A stretch of DNA of 32,000 nt from an uncultured archaeon (GTDB lineage: Archaea; Asgardarchaeota; Thorarchaeia; Thorarchaeales; Thorarchaeaceae), in contig CAYHAA010000009.1 of NCBI GenBank assembly GCA_964354495.1, positions 79,884-111,883 of the forward strand, given 5' to 3'. The translations under genes and the position numbers were made by a program. Shown piece after piece: positions 17,571 to 25,841 of the stretch; the stretch's first letter is position 1, and every line of letters begins with the position of its first letter. The notes under the pieces were generated by a model. It was given only the letters and a program-made list of their open reading frames with translations, had not been told where the DNA came from and did no database searches.

Positions 17571-18164
17571 ATGGTCCATGAACAAGAGATGGTGTGCTTG
17601 AACAAGAAGCGTGTCCTCGTCGGGATTACAGGCGCTAGTGGAGCTATCTACGGAGTCAGACTGATTAGAGCATTGAAGTCAGCAGGACATGAAGTGCACC
17701 TTGTTGTGAGCAAATGGGGAGCAGAAACGATGAGGTATGAGCTTGGAATGGAGGTCGATTCACTAGCTCGCGAGGTGGACAGGATATACGGGGAAGATGA
17801 GCTGACTGCGGGACCGGCTAGCGGCAGCTTCCATCTTGACGCAGTCGTCGTCATTCCATGTTCGATGAAGACACTTGCCAGCATCGCTCATGGCTATGCT
17901 GAGAACCTCATCAGCAGAGCGGCAGATTGTGCTCTGAAGGAACGACGAAGATTGATACTTGTCCCCAGAGAGACCCCATTGAACCTCATTCATATCAGGA
18001 ACATGGCTTCAGTGACTGAGGCAGGAGCAATTGTGATACCAGCAAGCCCTGCATTTTGGCATAGGCCGAAGAATATCGAAGAACTAGTCGACTCAGTCGT
18101 TGACCGAGTCCTATCTCATCTGGCCTCGCGCAGAGATTCTGCAGCAACATGGACTGGTGAGTGA
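17571..18164 (+). CDS. ubiX: Flavin prenyltransferase UbiX/Pad1
   Basis: GITGASGA, PCSMKTLASIAHG, RAADCALKERRRLILVPRETP, PASPAFWHRP. True start may be ATG 17589 or TTG 17598. Confidence 0.95.
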   Translation: MVHEQEMVCLNKKRVLVGITGASGAIYGVRLIRALKSAGHEVHLVVSKWGAETMRYELGMEVDSLAREVDRIYGEDELTAGPASGSFHLDAVVVIPCSMKTLASIAHGYAENLISRAADCALKERRRLILVPRETPLNLIHIRNMASVTEAGAIVIPASPAFWHRPKNIEELVDSVVDRVLSHLASRRDSAATWTGE

Positions 18165-18177
18165 TCCCGTCCCTCGG

Positions 18178-20034
18178 TCATCCCCAGTGAAGGGGTGTTC
18201 CACAGTGGTCGCAGACTATTGTTTCGCCAGGTAGTGCCCGTTTGGCAAGCCCGGCGCCACACTGTGGGCAGGCAATCTTCTTCGGAGCAGTATCCTCTGA
18301 TTTTGTCTGGATTCTCAGAAGAACTTCACGCAGATTTTCCCGCATCTCGCCCAGCATTAGCTCAAGCTTGGTCTCATTATTGCTGGCAACTGCTATTCTC
18401 AACACTAGATTCTCCTTTGATGCGGAGCCAACTACTACAAACTCATCACCTGCAAGAGCCTTCCCATAGTACCACGCCTCAAGACCAGTCTTGGGATTTG
18501 TCTGCTCATCAACAAACAGAACACTGTGCTGCTCTATCACGTTCTTTACGATTTCAAGCATCTCAACAGGATCGGCGTTTGCGTCGATTTGGTACTCGCA
18601 TGCATGCTGTGTCTGAAGCGACGTTTCCATTAGGAGTTGGAGGTCTTGAAGAGATTTCGTCTGGAGATAGGCATCTCTCACAGCAGACGCATGTGCGAGA
18701 AACACTGACAATATCGATTCTCCGTGTTGACTGCACATGAGATAGACATCAGCGCTCTTTGCAAGTTCTCGGACCTGAACTAGTTCAGTTGGGTTATGGC
18801 ATTTATGACACTCATAGAGTTGCATGTATGTTCCAGAGAGTGTGGCTGGATACGCAGTATTAGACAAGGAACGTTCGCTTCCATGTCCATTCCGACACTC
18901 TACCTTGAGTTCAGTCGTGATGTCTTTTATCTTCGAATCACGAATTGTAATAGGAGCTGAGCACTTTGTACACTTGAGGCTCTCTTCAATCGATGATTTC
19001 CTATCTAAATCAGGCTCTCTACTCTCAAGATGCTTGTAGAGATCAGCTTTGAGACTCTTGTGCATTGTTCCGTGCAATGAACACACAAGATCGAGCTCAA
19101 CATTGCTACCACTCACTTTCTTTCCCACGATTTCTGTAAGTAAGTCGCAGTCATCGCATTTCATTATCCCGCCAACAATAGCATCAATAGCTTCTTCATC
19201 GAGATCAGTGGGTTGGTTCATCTCAACAGAGTGGCCATTCGGGCAGCTGCATTTCAGTCTGTACTTGCCTTTGTCAATCTCAATACTCCGTATCGATAGT
19301 CTGCTTGCACATTGTGTACAGTTGAGCATCGATCGGACAACAGTGCCTTCAGACATGGCCTCTGCTATTTTCTCCAGCATCCACGCATGCTTTGCAGGCA
19401 TCTCTTTCTTTGTCCTACCGTGAGCGGGACAGGATACCTCTACTCTCGCTGTATCACCCTTGGTGGCTGTACCCAAGACCTGGCAGGGTAGTCCACATTG
19501 CTCACAGTGTATCAGTCGTTTGAAGATGGTCTTGAGAATTGAGGGGTCAGCATCAGTTGGTGCAAATCGTGTCTCCTTGTGACCATTCGGACAGCGATAC
19601 TTGAACTCCATTATCCCGTTCTTCTCTTCTATCGTCTGAGTTGAAAAGACCTGCCTGCATCGTGGGCAGCTCAATGAGTCAAGAATCGACTTGGCACTAT
19701 TCACGGTTCCTTTGAGACCAGCAATGGCGCTATGATAGAAGGATGGTATTCTTTTCTTCTGAGGACCATGCACAGGACAGAGGAACACATACTCAACTTC
19801 GTTTCTGCCAAGGTCTGTATGCACCAGAGACATTGTGGAACCACACTCGACGCAGGTAAAGAGTCCTTTGAAGATCTCAGGCGCCATACTATCTGCTTGA
19901 TACCGTCCAATGTCTCTCTTCCCCTTGTGGCCCCTGAGACATTGGCAATAGAGTCTAACTGTGCCGCCGCGCATCTCGCCGGCCAGAATGTAGAAGGGTT
20001 CCTTACATTTCTTGCAGACGAACACATCAATCAA
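18178..20034 (-). CDS. Eight-module zinc-repeat protein with platform-like domain and C-terminal zinc ribbon
   Basis: Eight C-x2-C-x21-C units alternating ...CxxGH and ...CxxHG; alpha/beta region after residue ~470; terminal CPQC...CDHC. Confidence 0.85.
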   Translation of the reverse strand: MIDVFVCKKCKEPFYILAGEMRGGTVRLYCQCLRGHKGKRDIGRYQADSMAPEIFKGLFTCVECGSTMSLVHTDLGRNEVEYVFLCPVHGPQKKRIPSFYHSAIAGLKGTVNSAKSILDSLSCPRCRQVFSTQTIEEKNGIMEFKYRCPNGHKETRFAPTDADPSILKTIFKRLIHCEQCGLPCQVLGTATKGDTARVEVSCPAHGRTKKEMPAKHAWMLEKIAEAMSEGTVVRSMLNCTQCASRLSIRSIEIDKGKYRLKCSCPNGHSVEMNQPTDLDEEAIDAIVGGIMKCDDCDLLTEIVGKKVSGSNVELDLVCSLHGTMHKSLKADLYKHLESREPDLDRKSSIEESLKCTKCSAPITIRDSKIKDITTELKVECRNGHGSERSLSNTAYPATLSGTYMQLYECHKCHNPTELVQVRELAKSADVYLMCSQHGESILSVFLAHASAVRDAYLQTKSLQDLQLLMETSLQTQHACEYQIDANADPVEMLEIVKNVIEQHSVLFVDEQTNPKTGLEAWYYGKALAGDEFVVVGSASKENLVLRIAVASNNETKLELMLGEMRENLREVLLRIQTKSEDTAPKKIACPQCGAGLAKRALPGETIVCDHCGTPLHWG

Positions 20035-20110
20035 CTACCTAGGCAGAACAGGCATTCAGTCCTCTAGGCAATTGGCCTTCCTAATATGTACTCCGCATAC
20101 TGAAGCAGAC

Positions 20111-22387
20111 TCATTGGAGATACAAAGCAATAGTCAGTGTGTGCGTGCAATACCTGCACCGGATTGGCTGACGCTGGCCCAGCTCATCGACCTGTTCTGT
20201 GTCAAGAGGTGCGCCGCATCGGAGGCAGACCCATGAATCCATGGTATCAGCTAGTTCGTCAATTGTAGTAGGAAGCATCGAAATGTCCTCACCAAGAGCC
20301 TCGACCTTAACAACAGCATGACGACCATTTTCAGGACCTGTGATCATAAGAATGACCGCAATCTTGCGTTTTGTATATTTTCCTTCCGCATAGCCGCGAA
20401 TGGTTCCGATGAACTCTCCAGCAATTACGTGCTCTTCTGTATCCACCACATGGAAGTTCTTTGTTGGCAATATCTTCTCAGCTTTCGTGAACAGCACTTT
20501 GGCATTCCAATCAAGGGTCTGCTCCTGCTGAGTCTTTTCAAGACCTGATAAGACAAGGTCGAATTCCGCGGAAGTCTTCTTTGAAGGTGTAAGCAGGTCA
20601 CAGACAGATCGGATGAGATAGGGCTCCACGCTCAACGTATGAAGTTGGTCAAGGAAATCAATGTACGAAACAGTAGCAACAACCTTTCCCTGAACGCAGT
20701 CCTTCGTCGGATAGAAACTGAATTGTGGGCTTCTGAATCCGCCAACTTCAATCCTAGATATCGTCTTCACATTTTCACCTGCAAGTTCCATGCAGTCTTG
20801 AGGAAATGCAACAATGCTCACGGTAACATTCGTGATTACATAGCCGCTGTTGTTGGCAACCTTCACCTTGTAGTCAAACTTACCGCCAACAATTTCGCAG
20901 CCTCGCATCACCTTGACACCAATGTCCGGAGTCTCAATCGATTCTACTTCAGCCTCTAGAGTCTTAGGTGGTTGAATCTCGGGCACTTCGACAGGAGGCT
21001 TTGCTTTATCAGCTTGTATCTCCTCATAGGCTTTCTGCATGGCTTTTGCGTGATCAGGTGGAATGTCAAAGACGTACTTGCCATGAATCGGGCATAGCTG
21101 CACTACTCTATCCTCACGGCCCCCAGGCTCGACATAGACCAAATCGAGCTGCTCATAACACTCTGGGCATTGAAAGAAGCGCTTGTAGAGGTCGACAAGG
21201 GTCTCAAGCTCAAGCTCAGGCTTGAACAGCCTCTTGCTTCTATGACCATTTCTGCACTCAACATCGAATTCAACAAGCCCGCGATGCTCTTCGACATCTC
21301 TGAGGGTCAATGGCATACTGCATTTCTCACAACTGAGGCTTCGTACCATTGATGGTAGCCTATCGATAGTATGTTCATGATCAACTATCACATTGTAGAT
21401 AGAAGGTGTCGCTTCGCGTTGCATCACACCATGAATCGGACAGACAATCTGAAAGCTAATCTTCTTTGCACTCTTCCGCTTGCTTAGTATATGCGTCAGA
21501 TGCCCACATTCATCGCAAGTGAGCATGGCAGTCGTGATTCGATTGGTGACAGCCTCGCTCCACGTCAATGGCAGCACTCTGTCGGTCACCTGCTTGCTCC
21601 CAGGACAGATGCACTTCAACCTGTAACCGGACTTCTCATCCTCAATACTACGGATAGCCAATGACTGTCTGCAACCCTGAGCCGTCAAGGTGGCTCGAAG
21701 AACAGCATCTTCAGGTATCTCTGAAACTGCTTCTCGAAGAGGATCGACCAAAGAGACAGGAATATCCTTCTTTGTGACACCATGAATGGGGCAAGCCACA
21801 TGAACTCGGGTGATACTCCCTCTTGGTTCGACGTCAGATATATGGCCGGGAAGGCCACAACAATCGCAATGTACCACCCTCTGCAGAATCCTCTTCAGAA
21901 GCACGGATTCCAGATTAGAGGGCAGGAACAGTATTGCCTTGTGTCCATTAGCACATCTGGCATCAATCTCCATGATGCCGCGCCTTTCTTCTATACCACT
22001 GATTGCAAACACTAGTCCGCATTGGGAACATCTGAATGAATCGATGATCGCCCTGGGACTATCGACCTCTGCAGCCACTAGCTGGATGGTTGAGAGAAAT
22101 TCACGCGGAAATTCACGTTTCTGAATTCCATGTCTAGGACAGATGAAGACACCCTCGGTCTTACTTCCCTGTACCAAGGTCTCGACGAGAGTCATGTTCG
22201 AGCCACAGTCTGTGCAGACGAACATCTTCTTGAAAATCACTGAGCCGACATCTTGAATCTGGTGCTCGGCCAGACGCCTTGCGCTCTTGTGCCCATTTAG
22301 ACACTGTGTTTCCAGAGTCAAAATATGGTCCCGCATCTCAGCATTCCGGATCAGCAGAGGCTCCTGGCATTTCTTGCATGAGAACAT
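20111..22387 (-). CDS. Eight-module zinc-repeat protein with Pro/Glu linker, appendage-like (beta-sandwich + platform) domain and C-terminal zinc ribbon
   Basis: Same eight units as the neighbour (unit 5 degenerate); linker KAKPPVEVPEIQPPK; Ig-like KFDYKVKVANNSGYVITNVTV; DLLTPSKKTSAEF junction; terminal CLRC...CRYC. Confidence 0.85.
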   Translation of the reverse strand: MFSCKKCQEPLLIRNAEMRDHILTLETQCLNGHKSARRLAEHQIQDVGSVIFKKMFVCTDCGSNMTLVETLVQGSKTEGVFICPRHGIQKREFPREFLSTIQLVAAEVDSPRAIIDSFRCSQCGLVFAISGIEERRGIMEIDARCANGHKAILFLPSNLESVLLKRILQRVVHCDCCGLPGHISDVEPRGSITRVHVACPIHGVTKKDIPVSLVDPLREAVSEIPEDAVLRATLTAQGCRQSLAIRSIEDEKSGYRLKCICPGSKQVTDRVLPLTWSEAVTNRITTAMLTCDECGHLTHILSKRKSAKKISFQIVCPIHGVMQREATPSIYNVIVDHEHTIDRLPSMVRSLSCEKCSMPLTLRDVEEHRGLVEFDVECRNGHRSKRLFKPELELETLVDLYKRFFQCPECYEQLDLVYVEPGGREDRVVQLCPIHGKYVFDIPPDHAKAMQKAYEEIQADKAKPPVEVPEIQPPKTLEAEVESIETPDIGVKVMRGCEIVGGKFDYKVKVANNSGYVITNVTVSIVAFPQDCMELAGENVKTISRIEVGGFRSPQFSFYPTKDCVQGKVVATVSYIDFLDQLHTLSVEPYLIRSVCDLLTPSKKTSAEFDLVLSGLEKTQQEQTLDWNAKVLFTKAEKILPTKNFHVVDTEEHVIAGEFIGTIRGYAEGKYTKRKIAVILMITGPENGRHAVVKVEALGEDISMLPTTIDELADTMDSWVCLRCGAPLDTEQVDELGQRQPIRCRYCTHTLTIALYLQ

Positions 22388-22539
22388 GGTGACGCACCCT
22401 AAGATGAGGCTAGTATGGCTACAGCATGGAGTTTCTCAATGATTCTTAAGTGAATTGCAGATGAGCATTTCTCCAAATCTAGGGTGTCGCTTCACTTGGA
22501 GGCCATTCACGTTCTTCTCATTTCGCAATCCGGCCAGCT

Positions 22540-23814
22540 TCAGTGGCTGCCCGGCGAATCTGCATTCTCTAGGATTTTGTCTGCGGACTTTTTCAGTTTT
22601 GACCTGTAACCTCGAGTGGTGTAGACACGCACAGGTTTCATTATTCTAGAGAAGCTCCTTGCCATCGGACTCAGGTCAGTCAGTCTCCAAAACTCATAAC
22701 CGCTTGATCCACGTTCAAAAAGGGCAATCTCATCAAGATTGAATTTTCCCGGGTAGAAGGTGACTGAGGGGCGGTCAGGAAAATCAATGTACACGTTGCG
22801 TGGGTCAATATCAGCATCCTCGGCTATTTCGCTCTCAATGGAAAACAAGCCATCGGGAGTTGAGAGCTTGGTCAGGAAACTTGGGTCTGAAATCGCACGT
22901 GTGCTGACCATCTTTATCAGATAACGCTTGAGGTAGTCGGAAAATATTCGATTGGCGGCCACTAGAGCCTCAGGTTCATCGGGAGTGACGTTTAGAAGCC
23001 TATTCAGAAATGTAAGGTCATCGAACTGGAAGAATCTTTCAGTTTCATCCACGGGCGAAGGAAAGAGAAGCGATCCTGCCTCGTCAAGGACTCGTAGAAG
23101 CATCAATTCTGCAGCACGCACGGTCTTATGGAAGTATACAGCATCAAACATGTTGACTGCGGCAGATAGGTATGATTCCAGTGTATAGAGAGAGCCACGC
23201 TCTATTGCTATCTTGTTCTTTGCAATGCGAGTTGCATCGAACAGCTTGTGATACTCTAGTTGGGCGTAGTCGACACCTGCAAAGTAGGAGTCGCGCTCAA
23301 GGTCATCGATGAGTTCAGGGTTGATTGGGCAGGTTCTGATGTTCAGTTTCACACCCTTTATTGGTACTCCATGTTCAAGAACATCCTGGATCTCTGAGCA
23401 TGAATAACCGTGTTTCTCGATGATGTTTCCCGCCTCAGTATTATCAAGAATCGCTTTTGTAAGTCTGAGAGAGCCAAAACCCCGTACTGTGAGGTACTCC
23501 TCCATGACATTCGCCCACGGACCATTTGCAAGCATCAATAGACACGCTGCTAGCCGGCCCTTCTGAATCTCCTCGCCAGTGCCTCCCAAGTACTCCAGGA
23601 AGATTCTCGTCATATTGATGAAACCCAGTGTTCTGCCGAAGAGTCCAATATCAGCACCAGGATAGACCAACGAGAGCCCCGCGGGCTCCTTGATATAGCG
23701 AAGTCGCTGAAACAGCCTAGTATCTATGAGTTCCTTCTCAACTGATGAGAGTCCTACATATCCGTGAATTGGATCCTTGATCTGAAGGACTGATGGAAAG
23801 TCCGTTATTGGCAT
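22540..23814 (-). CDS. HD-superfamily dNTPase/SAMHD1-like fold with degenerate active site
   Basis: Family scaffold present (IKDPIHGYV, IDTRLFQRLRYIKE, VYPGA, LERDSY, YFHKTVRAAELML) but the metal ligands are replaced. ATG 23814 preferred over 23841. Confidence 0.85.
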   Translation of the reverse strand: MPITDFPSVLQIKDPIHGYVGLSSVEKELIDTRLFQRLRYIKEPAGLSLVYPGADIGLFGRTLGFINMTRIFLEYLGGTGEEIQKGRLAACLLMLANGPWANVMEEYLTVRGFGSLRLTKAILDNTEAGNIIEKHGYSCSEIQDVLEHGVPIKGVKLNIRTCPINPELIDDLERDSYFAGVDYAQLEYHKLFDATRIAKNKIAIERGSLYTLESYLSAAVNMFDAVYFHKTVRAAELMLLRVLDEAGSLLFPSPVDETERFFQFDDLTFLNRLLNVTPDEPEALVAANRIFSDYLKRYLIKMVSTRAISDPSFLTKLSTPDGLFSIESEIAEDADIDPRNVYIDFPDRPSVTFYPGKFNLDEIALFERGSSGYEFWRLTDLSPMARSFSRIMKPVRVYTTRGYRSKLKKSADKILENADSPGSH

Positions 23815-23954
23815 TTGAAACTCAACCGAATGACTATTCAACTAAAGGGTATAAAAGTGACTGAAATACCTAACCATCGTTGCTCGTAGGAGAATCTTAT
23901 TCAAGGATGGCTTTCGATCCGTTCCATGCAATATATCCCTAGAGAGGCAAAGCC

Positions 23955-25769
23955 ATGCGAAAAGATGTAGTGGCCGCAATCATCATCATTACCCTTCTTT
24001 CAGTCTCAATAAGGACATACGCTGTTTCATCTGAGCAGACTCCAGTCAACTCCACAAAGAGTGCTGCAGAAGACCTAGAAAGAGTCTACGGAATTGACTA
24101 CTCAAGATCAATCTTTGCCCAAGTTTCACAGAGCTCGTTCCGTGACTACATCATCAAACTAACAGAGAATGGTTCCAGATGGATTACTAGTCCAAGCTCG
24201 GCGAGCGAAGCCAATATCGCCGCTAGAAATTGGATTGCCAATGAACTCACAAGTGTGTCGAACGCAAGGATACAGGTCGAGATCCTAGGTGAGTACGACT
24301 CTGTACTTGGGCGTCTGCCTGGGTACTTTCCAGTAGATTGCCCTGCCATCCTCGTAGGCGGGCACTTCGATAGCGTTTCAGTGTCGCCTGGAGCGAATGA
24401 TGACGGAACAGGAGTGGCAGCGATGCTTGAACTTGCACGAGTGCTTTCTCAGTACAACTGGCCGCTCGATCTCTACTTTGGAGCATGGAACGCAGAAGAA
24501 ATCGGACTAATAGGATCCGGCGAAGTCGCGAGTATCTTGAACGAGAGGGATGTTGACCTCCTAGTCCACTACAATGTTGACATGCTGCTCGTGCCAAATC
24601 CATACAGTCCTACTGTTCTTATGGCATATCCAATAGGCTCGTATCAAGATGGAGAGTATTGGGCAGACTTGCCGATGAGTATGAGCAGCAATTATGGCCA
24701 GGATAGAATTGAACCAGTTTCATCAAGCGATTTCACAGGATGGTATTCCTCGGATCATTGGTCATTCATCCAGGAAGGATATGTGAGGTCTCTATTTGCC
24801 CATGAGAGCGGAATTGCTTACGACACAGCATATCACAAAGCTGGAGATATTTGGAGCAATCCTCTCTATGACTATGGTACTGCAATTGAGGCCGTAAAAT
24901 CAATTGGAGCAAGCATCGCACTCATAATGAGTAGGGCGTACCAACAATCAGTCCTTGGTAGTGAAAGATTCAATCTAGAGTCAGAATCTACCAAGAATAT
25001 CTCTATCGTCATCAGCGGAGCAACTACACTCAATCTCACAAGTCGCTGGTGGGGAGGCCCAATCACAGTGTCGTTGTATGGACCAGATGATGAGCTAGTG
25101 AATCAAGTCGTGAAGAACCACGCTTCACCATGGGCGGCTTCAGTGCTCATGCAGCAAGCCGTAACAATGCCAGGAGTCTATGAGGTGCGGGTACTGAATC
25201 ATGGAATCTCAACCACCGGATATGAGCTCTTCTGGGAGTTCGACCCGGATATCGATGGTAACGGTGTGCCTGATAGTCAGGAATTCTGGTTTGATGTGAT
25301 GTACTTCTCCGCAGACAGTGATTCAGACGCCCTAAGCGATGCACAAGAGATGATTCTAGGGACATCCCGAATTGATGATGACTCGGACTCTGATGGGATG
25401 CCAGATGGATGGGAAGTCAGTAATGGTTTCAATCCAATGGATCCAGGTGACGCGGCAGCAGATGACGACGGAGACACATTGACCAATCTATCAGAGTTTC
25501 TCTTCGGATGTAGCCCTCATCTTGTGGATTCGGACTCGGACCAGATGCCAGACAACTATGAAGTTGAGCATGACCTAGATCCGACAGTCAATGATGCCTT
25601 GGAGGACCCAGACAATGATCTTGTCTCGAATCTTGATGAGTATTTTGCAGGCACAGACCCCCAGTATGCTGAACTACGGCTTGAGAGAATGATTCTACCA
25701 GTGGTTGCGACAGCAGGAGCAGTATTAGTGTCCGCAGGTGTCATATTTCTCTGGCACAAGAGACGATAG
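23955..25769 (+). CDS. Secreted, membrane-anchored M28-family Zn metallopeptidase with Ca-binding DxDxDG repeats
   Basis: Signal peptide; GGHFDS, GANDDGTG, NAEEIG, NVDM, SDH and YH ligands; beta-sandwich region; six DxDxD(G)xx(D/N)xxE repeats; C-terminal TM followed by HKRR. Confidence 0.92.
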   Translation: MRKDVVAAIIIITLLSVSIRTYAVSSEQTPVNSTKSAAEDLERVYGIDYSRSIFAQVSQSSFRDYIIKLTENGSRWITSPSSASEANIAARNWIANELTSVSNARIQVEILGEYDSVLGRLPGYFPVDCPAILVGGHFDSVSVSPGANDDGTGVAAMLELARVLSQYNWPLDLYFGAWNAEEIGLIGSGEVASILNERDVDLLVHYNVDMLLVPNPYSPTVLMAYPIGSYQDGEYWADLPMSMSSNYGQDRIEPVSSSDFTGWYSSDHWSFIQEGYVRSLFAHESGIAYDTAYHKAGDIWSNPLYDYGTAIEAVKSIGASIALIMSRAYQQSVLGSERFNLESESTKNISIVISGATTLNLTSRWWGGPITVSLYGPDDELVNQVVKNHASPWAASVLMQQAVTMPGVYEVRVLNHGISTTGYELFWEFDPDIDGNGVPDSQEFWFDVMYFSADSDSDALSDAQEMILGTSRIDDDSDSDGMPDGWEVSNGFNPMDPGDAAADDDGDTLTNLSEFLFGCSPHLVDSDSDQMPDNYEVEHDLDPTVNDALEDPDNDLVSNLDEYFAGTDPQYAELRLERMILPVVATAGAVLVSAGVIFLWHKRR

Positions 25770-25841
25770 TTGATACTGGTACACTCAATAAACATTCAAA
25801 ACAGTGTGATGCCTTGCCAGATGTGGGACCGGTGCTCTGGA

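Noticed and set aside
18178-22387. Multiheme cytochrome or Fe-S interpretation of the Cys/His repeats
   Set aside because: No CxxCH motifs or signal peptide and no ferredoxin CxxCxxCxxxC spacing; the C2-CH pattern fits zinc binding.
22395-22486. caccta-type inverted repeat (cacccta ... tagggtg) bracketing the gap between the HD gene and the 758-aa gene
   Set aside because: Only 7 bp of perfect pairing about 78 nt apart; cannot be distinguished from chance without folding or conservation data.
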